DNA of 63,444 nt, the filler included, from Octopus bimaculoides (lineage: Eukaryota): assembly GCF_001194135.2 (NCBI RefSeq). It is 6 parts of 4 records of this genome, joined end to end, with 100 filler letters (N's around TTAATTAATTAA, not from the genome) between each part and the next. Parts side by side here need not be neighbours in the genome. Positions count along the whole stretch, not along the records: positions 1 to 9,517 come from NC_068986.1; positions 9,618 to 19,085 come from NC_068989.1; 4 more parts are not named here. The stretch is one strand, 5' to 3'. The position numbers were made by a program, and so were the translations under genes. The notes below the pieces were generated by a model. It made no database searches, was not told the origin of the DNA, and saw nothing but the letters and a program-made list of their open reading frames with translations. This document shows positions 1 to 13,868 of the stretch, in pieces; the first letter of the stretch is position 1, and every line of letters begins with the position of its first letter.

Positions 1-13
1 ACAAACGCACGCA

Positions 14-44
<31 letters not shown>

Positions 45-99
45 GCGCATAAGCAGGCACACACACACACATACATAAATATATGCAAACATACGACTG

Positions 100-416
100 G
101 TTTCCTTACAATTTAAGTCCACCAAATTCACTCACAAAGCATTGGTTGACCCTGGACTGTAGTAGAAGAAACCTGCCCAAGGTGCCGAAACCATGTGGTT
201 GTAAAGCGAGCTACTTAACCAGCCATGCTTTATATGATGATGACGATGACGACGATGATGATGATGTTAATTTCTGTCTCCCAAATTCCGCGCACAAGGT
301 TTTGGTAAGCCTGAAATTTTAGTAAAAGACGCTTGCCTAATGTGTTGCGCTGTGGGAACGAACCCACAACCTCGTGACCGTGATTCGAACTGCTTAACCA
401 CACGGCCACGCCTGCA
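100..416 (-). mobile_element. Two decayed SINE family A head fragments (100-230, 281-416)
   Basis: caaattcactcacaaagc...cccaaggtgcc...aaccatgtgg and ttaaccacacggccacgcctgca. Confidence 0.7.
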
Positions 417-3400
417 TCTGTAATTCATACGTGCATTGTTTTTTAGTTGGAGAATGGCTTCTTTGTCGGGAAAATTTCCAGAANNNNNNNNNNNNNNNNN
501 NNNNNNNNNNNNNNNNNNNNNNNNNNNNNNNNNNNNNNNNNNNNNNNNNNNNNNNNNNNNNNNNNNNNNNNNNNNNNNNNNNNNNNNNNNNNNNNNNNNN
601 NNNNNNNNNNNNNNNNNNNNNNNNNNNNNNNNNNNNNNNNNNNNNNNNNNNNNNNNNNNNNNNNNNNNNNNNNNNNNNNNNNNNNNNNNNNNNNNNNNNN
701 NNNNNNNNNNNNNNNNNNNNNNNNNNNNNNNNNNNNNNNNNNNNNNNNNNNNNNNNNNNNNNNNNNNNNNNNNNNNNNNNNNNNNNNNNNNNNNNNNNNN
801 NNNNNNNNNNNNNNNNNNNNNNNNNNNNNNNNNNNNNNNNNNNNNNNNNNNNNNNNNNNNNNNNNNNNNNNNNNNNNNNNNNNNNNNNNNNNNNNNNNNN
901 NNNNNNNNNNNNNNNNNNNNNNNNNNNNNNNNNNNNNNNNNNNNNNNNNNNNNNNNNNNNNNNNNNNNNNNNNNGACAGTGGTAATAGTGGTGCGGTAGT
1001 GATGGTGGTGGTGATGGTGGTGGTGATGGTGGTGGTTGTGGTGGTAGCTGTGGCGTTGTTGATGGTGATGGTTGTGGTAGTAGTATTGGCGGTGATAGTA
1101 GTCGTGGTGGTGGTGGTGGTGGTGGCCATGGTCTTGGTGTTGGTGGTGTTCGGTTGAGATGGTTGTGATGATGATGATGTTAGTAGCGTTGGTACTAGAA
1201 AGTGTTGGCTGCTATTTCTTGGAGTTTGAAGTTCTCTGGTGTTTTGAGTTGATGGTGTTGTTTAGTCCCAAATCGATCTTGATGGAGCAAGTTTATGATC
1301 TTTGGAGCTGGTAGGAAGTTATTTTGAGGAGATTTGACTTCTATTTCTAGCAGGTTGAGCAACTAAGTTGGGGTCTTGAGTATCGTTCTGGTAATTTAGA
1401 GATAGTGGCTGGTTGTTTGGAAAGTGATTGCTCGTATGAGTGTGCGTATGTATGCATACATATATACATACATAGGTACATACATATACGTACATACATA
1501 ATACATACATATACACGTGCACACACACAAACACACACACACGTTACAACCAAATTAGACATACAAGCATACTAAACTTACATGTTTCTCCGTAGACTGA
1601 AAAGAATAAAGGGCCTTAATCTATTTTCGACCCTTCTTGGCGTTTCATCAGAGGTGTTCATCTCATTTGACCAATTCCATGGAAACAATTAGCCAATCTA
1701 CATTAAATCTAGTAGCTTCAGAGAACTGGTGTTACTATCCTTTCTTCAGTAATCGTCTCAGATGACAACGTTTTCAACACCATTTGACAGTGTCGTTTCT
1801 CTCCGTCGGTTCCGAGCATCAATGTACTATTAAGAAATGTCCGAGTTCTGTCCCTCTTAGTGGCCTACTCGGGTGATTCAAGAAGGCACCTCACCAAGTC
1901 TATTGTAACAACCAGAACCATGCAATGATTCATGCGTTTAACTACTTGGTCTCCTTTCTTACTTTTATTATTCCTCTCTCATTCCTCAGTTATATCTATG
2001 ATGATGCATTGTCTGCTCTTCAGCAATGTATTCTTTGGTCTTTTTCCAAATTCCAATACTAATCATGTAGGGACATTGTGGATCTAGCCACACACTCATA
2101 ACACTCCACCTCTACAGTTTACTGTATTCATATGGAATACAGAATATTATCACCCTCTTGCCTCACAAACTGAAATCCTTCATAATTAGACAGTTTCTCT
2201 CCTACCCCCGCCCAATAGTCACTTAGATCATACCAAAAGTTTGGAATGCTATTTCGTTTTAGTAATATGGCTTAAGGACAAATATGTCTGCACCATTCAG
2301 GTATTACCTCCATTCATCAGTTTGAGCCTTGACTTTCCTTTGCTTCTACCTGTGAACTGCTTCATCTTGTCTCTCGGTGGGAACAACCGGGTATGGTTTG
2401 GTGTTAATCTCATTACACTTAAGCCTTGCTGTTTTTGATCTCATAGCATGAATGATCAGAACATAGTTGGGTCACCGTTAATATTCTTCAAGGGAGGAGT
2501 TGCATACTACCAGGACATACTCCAACGATGCTCAGTCTATTTGGGAATAATATCACTCCAGCCTCACCAATTATGATTAGCTGTGGACAGAAACACATCA
2601 TACATCCATTTCCAGAAGTATCGTAAACTGAAACCATGCTCCACAATGTGCACCATGATAACTGTTATCGACGAGCATATTCCCTGCTAACTATTGGTGT
2701 TATCTTCCTAAGCCCGCTGCCTTTGCCCAGGCTTTTCATCTTCAGTCAAGTGAATTTCTTTGTCCAGACATCTTGCTTGCTTTTGTTATTCTGACGGAAC
2801 AAGTATGCATTTGATTTTTAAATTCACCCCAGTTCTATTCGTGTGTACTGTGCCTTTGCTATGGCACATTCTGTGTATATGTGTAAACTGTATCTTAATG
2901 GTCTGCAGGCTGAAAGAGGGAGGACCGAGAGAAAATATTTTGCTAAGCTGAAAGAAAGAAAAGATGAGGGAGGAAAAGAGAAAGAACGATATAGAAAGAG
3001 CTGAGACGAAGACAATATCTGTGAAAAATCTGGAAGGAGAGATGAAAGAAAAAAGGTAATACTGATATGAAAAGGAAGAAGAGGAGGAAGAAGAAAAGTT
3101 TAAAAATAAAGATAGATAAATGTATCTATCTATATTCTCTCTCTTCCTCTTTCTCCCTCTCTCACTCCTTTCTCTCCCTACCCCTCTCTGTATTTATGCT
3201 TAAAATAAAAGGGGTAATAATTCCGCGATCAAGTTTTCGTTCAATCACTTGAACACATAACTCGAATGAAAAGAATTACTTTTAGTGACATACAATTTCA
3301 AGTGATCACGTGCTCGTTAACGTCAACTTGTCGTTCATCGCACATCAGGAGGTTCTCTTTGAAATTCTCCAGAAAGAATTTGTGCATATGTCAGCAGATT

Positions 3401-4652
3401 GAAGTTAACTCCTTTCTTTTATTTAGGAATGGACGATAAAGGACAATTGACCCCAACGCTCATGTAATCACCTGAAAATCAGTGACTAATTTACACGTTG
3501 AACATCCTGCTGGTGCGTGTTGTCGTCCGAATAACAGACTGAATGCATAGTCTAGAAATACGATCTCTGTTTAACACTTCACATAAAGAAACATTTACAA
3601 GACTTAACACACTTCTAACACAAAGGTTCTTTCTTCACATAGATGTGTTTTCTCAGAGTCTCGTTCACCCCAACAAAGAATTTATAAAGTCCAAACCATT
3701 TACGTTTACGGTGCTCCTTCTCGTCTCGTTCGAATTGCTGGCCAATCAGAAGCCATATTGCTCCCTTAAAATGATATATAACTCTCACCGCCATATTTTG
3801 TTTGCAAGCCACCCTATGGAGACAGATGTCTGGCCCAGCAAGTCGAGAATATTTCAAATGCTTTTGCTTAGTGTTATTTTCGAAGCTGTATTAAATCAGT
3901 TCCAAATTCATCACGTAGACTTTAGCCATAGCACCGTATTCCTAATATCAATATACCTTAGTGTCAAATATTTATTGAACACTTTTGTGATCTCGTGCCT
4001 CAGATTTGACTTGCTAGAAAATTATATATATTTGCATGTCTAATGTCCAATACATTTGTATATACATCAATACATCCCACATGNNNNNNNNNNNNNNNNN
4101 NNNNNNNNNNNNNNNNNNNNNNNNNNNNNNNNNNNNNNNNNNNNNNNNNNNNNNNNNNNNNNNNNNNNNNNNNNNNNNNNNNNNNNNNNNNNNNNNNNNN
4201 NNNNNNNNNNNNNNNNNNNNNNNNNNNNNNNNNNNNNNNNNNNNNNNNNNNNNNNNNNNNNNNNNNNNNNNNNNNNNNNNNNNNNNNNNNNNNNNNNNNN
4301 NNNNNNNNNNNNNNNNNNNNNNNNNNNNNNNNNNNNNNNNNNNNNNNNNNNNNNNNNNNNNNNNNNNNNNNNNNNNNNNNNNNNNNNNNNNNNNNNNNNN
4401 NNNNNNNNNNNNNNNNNNNNNNNNNNNNNNNNNNNNNNNNNNNNNNNNNNNNNNNNNNNNNNNNNNNNNNNNNNNNNNNNNNNNNNNNNNNNNNNNNNNN
4501 NNNNNNNNNNNNNNNNNNNNNNNNNNNNNNNNNNNNNNNNNNNNNNNNNNNNNNNNNNNNNNNNNNNNNNNNNNNNNNNNNNNNNNNNNNNNNNNNNNNN
4601 NNNNNNNNNNNNNNNNNNNNNNNNNNNNNNNNNNNNNNNNNNNNNNNNNNNN

Positions 4653-4960
4653 TGGAAGCCTAGTACTTATTCTATCGGTCTCTTTTGCCGAACCACTAAG
4701 TCACGGGGACGTAAACACACCACCATCGGTTGTCAAGCGATGTGGGGGGGGGACAAACACAGACACACAAACATATACACACACATACATATATATGTAT
4801 ACATATATACGACAGGCTTCTTTCAGTTTCCGTCTACCAAATCCACTCACAAGGCTTTGGTCGGCCCGAGGCTATAGTAGAAGACACTTGCCCAAGGTGC
4901 CACGCAGTGGGACTGAACCCAGGACCATGTGGTTGGTAAGCAAGCTACTTACCACACAGC
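4653..4960 (-). mobile_element. SINE family A (tRNA head plus CORE-like GCACCTTGGGCAAGT), near full copy
   Basis: Reverse complement: GGCTGTGTGGTAAG (A box), GGTTCAGTCCC (B box), CORE-like block, internal (TA/TG)n. Many related copies in the window. Confidence 0.85.
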
Positions 4961-6004
4961 CAGAGAGAGAGAGAGACAGAGAAAGATATATTGTAAGTGT
5001 ATATATTTGTATATATGAATGTGTGTTTTTATGTATGTTCCTGTGTATGTATGTGTCTATAGTTCAAGAAAGCATGCAGCACGTTATAGATGCAAGGTCG
5101 ATATCTGTTTTCTTAATTAGGTAATACTGTACAACCAATTAATTGTTTCAGCATTTTATCATAAGCTTCACTTATAGGGGTACTGTCGTGACATGCGTTA
5201 TTTACTAGGCCGTTCAAATGTAGAAGAGCCCATCCCTCTCCGATCTGACCATAGCCGATGCCGTCCTACCTACCTTTCTTCCTTCCTTCTTGAAATAGAG
5301 AAAGAGAAAAAGAGAGAGAGAGGTGGAAGACAAAGAGTGACAGAAAAATGTAATTGAAGTGAGATCGACACTAATGATTTTAGCAAATCTGCATCAAGTT
5401 GTCCAGACCTTTTCTCAGGATCAGAAACTACTCCAGAGCTGGTTAGTTGCTGACCTTCTACAAACCTCAACGAAGACCAACATTGGTGAATAATTAACAC
5501 AAATGGAACAATACTGCTGTTACATATCCTTATGCTAGCCCCACATTGGAGTACTTCTCATATATCTAGGACAGTGCTACTATTGTTACAAAGATAGATG
5601 TCTTAGATCTCTTCCAAAGAAGTCCATTTGGTTTATTTGCAAAGATTTACTCACCAAATAATTACAACTTTTGGACGCAAATCAAATATAAGGCTAATAC
5701 AACAGCCTCTGTCCCTTAAGTTAAAGGGACAGAGATAAAATATGTAGTTAGTTCAAATTTAACTAGCTACATACGACCTTATCCCAGGCTCTCTTCAGAC
5801 ATTTGCCCCTTTTTACCTCATAGACCCTATAAAGTATGACTCCAAATCTTTCGTCTTAACCCTTCTTACTTAAAATCTTAAACCACCTCGAATGCTGAAT
5901 TAGCCCAGACCTCTTCTACGGGTACCAAACGACACAAGTCCAAGCTAAACATCATGCGCATCGTCCCCACCAACCAGTGAGTTTCTATTGTGTTTTTGAA
6001 CCAG

Positions 6005-6007
<3 letters not shown>

Positions 6008-6092
<85 letters not shown>
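6008..6092. repeat. (CT)n microsatellite
   Basis: Directly visible; one of dozens of SSRs in the window (CA, TA, GATA, AAT, GTA, CAT). Confidence 0.98.
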
Positions 6093-6096
<4 letters not shown>

Positions 6097-7092
6097 TTTC
6101 CGTTGCCCTAGGTAATAAAAACAAGAAGGTCAACATAATAAGGCCTAAGATTTATTGATTTTAAAGAATTTCGTTAAAGGAAATCCACGAGTTAACCCGT
6201 TAAAATACAGCACTCTACTTACCTATCAGAGATATACAATAGGTATTGTACGCATTAAACACGAATACATACACACGAATACACTCGTTATACTCGGTGT
6301 ACGAATATATGCGAATATAGACGAATATACACATCATAGACTAATATTTTACAGAATGAACAGGAATTTCCTAAGATAAAATTCTTGGAATCGCTTCCTC
6401 ACAATTTCTTCACTAATACATTATTATTTTCTTTTTCTGTTTTGTTTACATCGTTTCTCGAAGAATAGGTGTTCTGATTGACCTTGGCGGGTGCCTCCAT
6501 CTTGGTGAGGTCGGTGTGGTTAATATCTGTTTCGCTAAGAAGTATTTTAGTAGCCACTAATAGAATAACAGGTATTACTGTTCCTGTTGTTATAGTTATT
6601 CTGAAGAATGACGCCTACAGGGTACGTGTGGATAGGGGTGACAGTTCCACGGGACAGTTGTCCTGCAGAAGAAGGACGACACAAAGTGATCAGTGCAAGA
6701 GTTAGAGGCGAGATACAGTAGTAGTAGTAGTAGTAGTAGTAGAAAATACGGGAAGTATATTGTCCATGGGAGAGTTGTAGTGTGTTGTTGAGCGTCGGTT
6801 TCCTGATTAGTGGACGGTCATTTTGACGTCTGCAGTCTAGAATATATTCATTCACTTTTGTACATATTCTCTTGATTCTTAACACTTGTCCAAGTGCATT
6901 CGGTCGTAGCTGTGGCTTCTACTAATGAGAGCTTCTACACCGCCGCGTGACTCGTTATACAAGACAACCGAATCTTCTCAAACCACACACTACTGTATTA
7001 AAAGAGGAAGAATATATTGGTCAGTTTAGTCTTAGATATTTAAAAAGATGCAATGGCCATGGTAGAAATGCTTTGAATCATAATCCTGGGAC

Positions 7093-7512
7093 CAGGGCCG
7101 GATTAAGACCATAGAAGCCCTAAGCACTTAAAAGATTTTGGTACCCTCATATACATGTAATTCAAAATATAAACAATAATAAACCATAAACGAATTTTTT
7201 ATTTTTCAAAATGGAACAAAACTCTCAGTAAGATGGAAAATAATGTTTATTTTTGTATACTTCCACTTTATTTATATTTGAAAAGTTTTCTACTTTCTTT
7301 TTTATAATTGCAAAATCTTTGATCAGATCTTCAAAATCAATCTTACTTAACACATTTCTTTCTATACATAGTAGAGATAAAGTATCCTGGATAAATTTTT
7401 TTTAGTAAGTTTAAAGTGATTTCTTTTGAGCCGTAAATCATTCACCATTTCTGTGGTACCATTTCTGTGGTACCCCACTTCCCTTGATGCCCTAAGCATT
7501 AATCCAGCACTG
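7093..7512. mobile_element. hAT-type MITE, 420 bp
   Basis: Termini CAGGGCCGGATTAA and TTAATCCAGCACTG (12/14 inverted match), subterminal GCCCTAAGCA at both ends. TSD not convincing. Confidence 0.6.
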
Positions 7513-7677
7513 ACTGGTTTAAGAAGCAACAACAATGACGAAAGAAACACTAACGACTCTACACGTACCGTACATACAAATTAGACGTCCTTTCTGTTGT
7601 CAGCATTAAACGCCATCATCTATTTACAGCTACTACGAATGACAACTCCCACTGCGAACCAAAGAGAAAACCTCCGC

Positions 7678-7730
7678 CTTGTCACACGACCTGCTAGAAA
7701 TAGCAGTCAAATTCTCTCAGCTGACACCTT
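7678..7730 (+). repeat. Short dispersed repeat (gtcacacgacctgctagaaatagcagtcaaat)
   Basis: Reverse-complement matches at ~1325-1365 and ~47470-47522. Confidence 0.65.
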
Positions 7731-8389
7731 ACTGATATACAAGAAAAGCACATTGGTCAATGTAATTCTAGATGTACAAAAGCTATAAGATGGTCAAGGC
7801 TGAAACGTTTTTGATCATAGGTCTCTTTGACCGACAGTGACTTGCAGCTAAACAACTTCTTCAATCGAGTGATTCTCAATGAGAGAATCCTTATGTTGTT
7901 ACACAACCAACTACAAATACCAGCCAAATCGCATTCAAATCACACTACACTGTCTAGAAGAAGGGAAAAGAAAGTACATCGGATATTGTAATCCAACACT
8001 GAATATGCCTAAAAGTGGTTGTGGTCACAGTAAAATACTTTTCATCATTTGTCTGCTCTCACAGGGCTAAGTTGGAGCTTAACAAATACGACTTTCTCTG
8101 CCTTTAGACTGCCGCAAGATACCTAGATTCAATTATATGACATCATCTAGAAACATTGTTCCAAGTCCTCATTCGTTCTCATATCTGTTTCTCACAATTC
8201 TCACTCACAACTGATCCATAGAAATATTATGGTGCTATTATTGTTATTACTGTGTCATATGTACAACCCCCCTCTCTCCCTCTCTCTCATTCTTTAATAC
8301 TGTTCAGTATTACTTTTGTGAAAATCAAAAACGTTAACCTTGACATTGGCAAACATTTTTGATTGTAACACGCAAATCAACTCCATAAG

Positions 8390-8432
<43 letters not shown>

Positions 8433-9423
8433 CACACAATCACGGGAACAGGTGGCATATTGGGTCATTTTTACAAACTTTTATAATGTTGAATCTGTTC
8501 TTGAATACCTAATTGCCACCGCGATAACCTTAATAAATCAACATTTAAAGTTAAATAGATACTATATAACATAGCTAAGGTACTTCTGCTTTATACACAC
8601 ACACACACACACACCTCTGTGTTGTTGCAAAACTGAAGCCAATTTAAATAATATTAAATATTTGCAGCACAGCAGCAAAGCTATAAAAGCAAAAGGATTG
8701 AAATACTTTTCATAAAGATAATCAATTCTTTCTCATTATATGTGTGCGTATATATATATATATATATATATATACGCACACACATACATGAGTACGTGTG
8801 CNNNNNNNNNNATATATATATATATATACGCACACACATACATGAGTACGTGTGCGTGTGTGCATGTGTGAGGTGGTGGTGTAGGGGGGGGGCACAGCTC
8901 TTATCTACAGATGAAAACTGTGAGAATGACAAGTGTACAAACGTACGAAAGAACGGTTGTGGGCCAGCTGTATAATCTGTAAGGTAAGCTGGATTACGAC
9001 AGAAGAGACAGCAGAAGAGGGCTTAACGATATTTACAATCAGTGAGCATTGATTAAGGAGTGATCGAGTGACAAACATAACGGACGCCTCACTATCGAAC
9101 CAGCCAGTCGTTCTCTGACGAGCCTACACTGTTCAGACATTAAGGAGCCGACCGTTGGCTGACGCTGGTTTGGCAGACGACAACAACATCATCAGCGTTT
9201 TACCGATAGCTAGTCTTTATACGTTAACAAATTGCTTGAAATGTCACGTTTGGTCACCATCTGGTTATATTACATAAACCACATCAGTCCGGACCGTAAG
9301 GAAATAAATCACATTCAAGAGAATCGAAGGACATACCTCTAGACCAGTGGCGGCATAAGAAAATACATACAATCAAACATACATACATACGTACATATAC
9401 ATTAATACGTGCACACAATCATT

Positions 9424-9457
<34 letters not shown>

Positions 9458-9471
9458 ATATGTATATATAT

Positions 9472-9517
<46 letters not shown>

Positions 9518-9617
9518 NNNNNNNNNNNNNNNNNNNNNNNNNNNNNNNNNNNNNNNNNNNNTTAATTAATTAANNNNNNNNNNNNNNNNNNNNNNNNNNN
9601 NNNNNNNNNNNNNNNNN
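9518..9617. other. Artificial assembly linker (44 N + TTAATTAATTAA + 44 N)
   Basis: Identical 100-nt structures at 19086-19185, 24120-24219, 36390-36489 and 60703-60802. The 12-mer puts a stop in all six frames. Confidence 0.93.
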
Positions 9618-9641
9618 AAGTATTGATCAGGGACAATAGAT
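9618..9641 (-). CDS. SPAG1: SPAG1-like probable last coding exon, truncated by assembly gap (DLLSLINT...)
   Basis: Long polypyrimidine tract ending ttcttccAG at 9642-9680; the phase 1 frame continues EKS-DLLSLINT. The sequence runs into the N linker, so the stop codon is not visible. Confidence 0.7.
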
Positions 9642-10793
9642 CTGGAAGAAAGAAGAAAAGAAAAAAAAAGAAAAAAGAAAAAGAAAACACAGATTAATTC
9701 TCTGGAGGTTCAAAACTTTCAGTGTTCATTTCCTACCTGTGAAATAACACGTTTCAGAATCTATGGATAAGCTGTGTAGTAATTATCATCTAGCTTTTCT
9801 TTTACTTGTTTTAGTCACTGGACTGTGGCCATGCTAGAGCACTGCCTTTAAGGGGTTTAGTCAAACATAATACTTATGTTTTGGGGGCTTTTTATGTCTA
9901 GTACTTATTCTATTAGTCTGACAGGCAGTTTTTTTTTTTTTTTGGTCTTTTGTACTTTATCAAGAAGGAGAGAGCAGCACCTATGACTATCTATTTGTTT
10001 TGTTTGTTTGTTTGTTTCTGAGGCAGCAGGGGGAGTGGTAGGATAAAGATACTAGAGCTTGGTCTAAATTGTTGCAACAGTAAATCTTGCTAAAGATACA
10101 CTAGAGCTTCTCAGGCATCTTTGACTGGACAATGGAAGAGGTCTACCAAGAATTCAGGACACAGGGAGCTAGAACAACTACTTCAAGGCATTATGTGTGA
10201 TCCTCTAACAATTCCATCCACCTGCTCCCTCCACAGCCACTGAATTGGTTCTTTGTCTTATTTACCCAGAAAACAAATTAGGTTAATAACTTCAAAATGA
10301 TTTGAACCCATCAGAACAAATAACCACAAGGGACTTTGTTCCATGCTTCAATAACTTTGCTAATTCACTGTATTTTATTGACCCACAAGAATAAAAAATA
10401 AGTCAACCATGGTGAGATTTGTGTTCAAGACAGAGTAATACAAATAAATAAGCAGTACAAAGTATTTTGTTTGATGCTCAACTGATTTTGTTATCCACCA
10501 GCCTACAATTAGTAATGACTTGGTTGTAACATTGGCACATGGCAACAAATTTCAGGGGATGTTACACTCAGTTGAGTTAACCCTAATGATTGACTGGTCC
10601 TTATTTCATCCATCCCAGAAAGACAAAAGTTAAAATCATCCCTGGTAGGATTTGAACTACTGAACATGAAGAGACATAAGTAAATACCGCAAAGCAGATT
10701 TTTTTTAATATTATACTGATTACACCAATAATTAGCAATAAAGAAAAATTATTAACAAAAAAAAAAAAAACAATGGTTTTCTTCCATCCTTAC

Positions 10794-10889
10794 CAGATTT
10801 TTCCTTGGAAGAGAGAAACATAGCAATTGTTTGGAACCGTGCCACTTTTGTTAGGTTTATCAAATATTCAAGACCAACTTCAGCAGAAT
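10794..10889 (-). CDS. SPAG1: SPAG1-like exon (RPAP3_C), DSAEVGLEYLINLTKVARFQTIAMFLSSKEKS
   Basis: cctttacAG acceptor, G|GTAAGG donor, 96 nt, phase 1/1. L..L.K..RF....MFLS..EK is the conserved RPAP3_C motif. This exon is not in the supplied ORF track. Confidence 0.92.
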
Positions 10890-11675
10890 CTGTAAAGGAC
10901 AAAGAATATTTTGTTGTGTCTGGGGAAAGTCATATTGCCTTCATATATTTAACACATTCACTAATTTCCACTCATTTATTTATTATTATTTTTTGTCTTG
11001 CAGACCAGATACAAAAACAAAGAATATTCTCTTATGAAAAAAAACCCCAGAAAACCAATAACAATATCCTACAGCAATTTGTGGCATCAAACGTACTAGA
11101 AATAAGACCCAGATTCCTTCAAATCACTCTCTGTACCTTAACTCTTAAATGATTAGGTGCCACACATCATCATCATCATCATCATCATTTAACCCCTTTG
11201 TGTTTAAACTGACCATGTCCATCCCAAGTATTCCACCTGTTTTATGTTCAGACTGGCCATATGGAAGAAGTATGGATTGGAAGGGCATCTAGCTGTAAAA
11301 GCCCTGTCAAAACAGACAGTGAAGCCTGGTGCAGTCTTCAGCCTAGCCAGCCCCTGTCAAACTCTCCAACCCATGCCAGCATGGAAAACAGACGTTAAAT
11401 GATGATGATGACAATGATTACAACAACTGGATCAGAATGTTAGGTATAAATAAATAGAACATGTAAAAAGCACTGGTGCTGATGCTACATAAAAAGCACC
11501 CAGTACACTATGTAAAGTGGTTAGCATTAGGAAGGGCATCCATCCGGCTGTAGAAACCATGCTTTAAGTGACTATGAAACCTTGGGTGGCTCTTGACCTT
11601 GCCAGTTCATGTCAAACTGCCCAACCAATGCTGGCATGGTAAAAAGCTGTTAAACAATGACAACAATGAAGTAAT

Positions 11676-11806
11676 CCACTCACAAGGCTTTAGTCAGTCT
11701 GAGGCTATAGTAGAAGACACTTGCCCAATGTACTACACAGTGAGACTAAACCCAAAACCATGTTGTTGGGGAGTAAATTCTTAACCACATAGCTACCCTT
11801 GCACCT
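11676..11806 (-). mobile_element. SINE family A head fragment in a SPAG1 intron
   Basis: ccactcacaaggctttagtcagtctgaggctatagtagaagacacttgccc...aaccatatagc. Confidence 0.75.
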
Positions 11807-11827
11807 AAAACAACAATAATAATAACA

Positions 11828-11885
<58 letters not shown>

Positions 11886-11900
11886 ATTGAGAACACTTAC

Positions 11901-11975
11901 CTTTATCAGTATAATGTTCGGACACACACTGGATTATCAAGTTTAACATGGAAGCATCTAATTTGTTGCTAATTA
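11901..11975 (-). CDS. SPAG1: SPAG1-like exon (RPAP3_C), VISNKLDASMLNLIIQCVSEHYTDK
   Basis: ttttcAG acceptor, G|GTAAGT donor, 75 nt, phase 1/1. The SNKL motif follows DLPM as in SPAG1. Confidence 0.92.
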
Positions 11976-12009
11976 CTGAAAAGAGAACGAAATATAGCAT
12001 TGATTAGTA

Positions 12010-12720
12010 AAGTGAATCAACAACAATTTCAGTGACAAATTTAGCATGAAGGTAGGTGTCCGGCAAGGCTCAGTCCTTGGTCCTCTCCTATTCATTATAG
12101 TCCTATAGGCCATCACAGAGGAGTTTCAGATTGACTGATTCCATAGTAACTCCTACATGATCTAGTTCTCATCAGTGAATCTATAGGGTGATTTGAGAGA
12201 AAGTTCCAGGCATGAATGTTAAACCTAGAATTAAGAGGTCTTGAAGTAAACTTAGCAAAGACTAAAGTAAGTAGGAAAAAGACAGGACCTTGTTATCTTG
12301 GAAACGGTTTTGCTCATTGTACAGAAAAGAAGAAAAATAAACTCTGTATGCTCCACCAATTAACTATGGACGCACAAGAGGTGTAGCAGAATCACAGAAA
12401 GACTAACAGAGAAAGTAAGCTTCATATAAGACATGCTGGAGAAATACATACTATGAGCACAGCGGAAATAGAGTCTCTTAAACAACTGAATGGCTCATTA
12501 GACGTACTTAATTGATTTTCTCACCTAGGAGAAGTAATTAGCAGGGGAGGTGAGGTGGTTGCTCAGACAGTATAAGAACCAGGGTAAGAACGGTTTGGAA
12601 AAAGTTCAGGGAGCTACTACAGTTACTGGCAACAAATGCCTTTCACCTCAGTGAAGGGCAGACTGCATAAGGATTGAATTAGAGCTGTAATGTTGCATAG
12701 CGATGGATGGGCTCAGCCAA
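12010..12720 (+). mobile_element. RTE-clade LINE reverse-transcriptase fragment in a SPAG1 intron
   Basis: VGVRQGSVLGPLLFIIVL, DLVLISES, GLEVNLAKTK, with stops and frameshifts. Confidence 0.85.
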
Positions 12721-12844
12721 ACTGATTTGTCTTGGAGACACTACAGAACAATGAAGTCTTCAGTGGAACATCAACAACTCAACTGAATATGGCATCTACC
12801 AGCACCATTTATAAAAAAATAATCTTATGGAATTAAGATATGCA

Positions 12845-12879
<35 letters not shown>

Positions 12880-13388
12880 TATGCAGGGTAGGGAATCGTC
12901 AATTAGTAATATGCGGGACTATTTATGATGCACANNNNNNNNNNNNNNNNNNNNNNNNNNNNNNNNNNNNNNNNNNNNNNNNNNNNNNNNNNNNNNNNNN
13001 NNNNNNNNNNNNNNNNNNNNNNNNNNNNNNNNNNNNNNNNNCTCACTGGCCGATAAATTTCTTAACGTCTTCCTCACGTGGTATTGATGTCGCATGGTCA
13101 AAATTAACGTGAGTTATTTAGACATTAACAAATTTATTAGAATATTTAGCTGAAGATCAGAATAGAGTATTCTTTACTCTTAACTGTGAAACGATCGTAC
13201 TAAATTAACTAAAGGCAGGTGGTTTTTTTACTCTTCTCTACTGTTTTTTGTTCTGTGTGTATCAAAAATATCGCTATCAATCTAGAGTAATAATTTGTAG
13301 TTTTGAAATCAGTAGTTCTTTGACTGCTATTTCTGAATTCTCAGTATGTTGGAGAAGCAGGTTACTGTCAATCCCTATATATTTATGA

Positions 13389-13443
<55 letters not shown>

Positions 13444-13868
13444 TATATACATATACACACATATATATATACACATATATACACACACATATATACATGT
13501 ACACAAATATATATACATATATATATACATACACATATATATATACACACATATACATAAATATCTATATATATACATACACACATATACATACGTGTGT
13601 GTGCGTGTGTGTGTTTATACCACAACATAATCAAAACGAGAGAGAGAGAGCTCATTAATCATTTGTATTACTGAAAGTTTAATAATTTGTGTTGAAGCAA
13701 AATCATTTTTTAATTTACTGAAACAGAAATACTATAAGTAAACATAACACTTAATGAAGCCACTAAATGTATAGGGTTTAGTTAAACCATCTCCAAATTT
13801 ATCTCTCACAGACCCAAATCTAAAAGGGAATAAAAAAAACAAATGTTAAATAATGCCAGCCAACTTAC

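Noticed and set aside
431-1157. Long ORFs of poly-V, poly-T or X
   Set aside because: Produced by N runs and (GGT/GAT)n microsatellite; no coding evidence. The same applies to all X-rich and YI/CV/HT-repeat ORFs in the track.
6380-6510. aagATGGAGGCACCCGCC start-like context on the minus strand
   Set aside because: The frame closes after 33 codons, the donor is weak and there is no homology.
8760-8851. Duplicated tatacgcacacacatacatgagtacgtgtgc
   Set aside because: It flanks a 10-N gap; overlap artefact.
8960-9360. CpG-rich block with AATAAA and CCAG-TGGCG resembling an LTR end plus PBS
   Set aside because: No defined TG...CA ends, TSD or internal retroelement sequence found.
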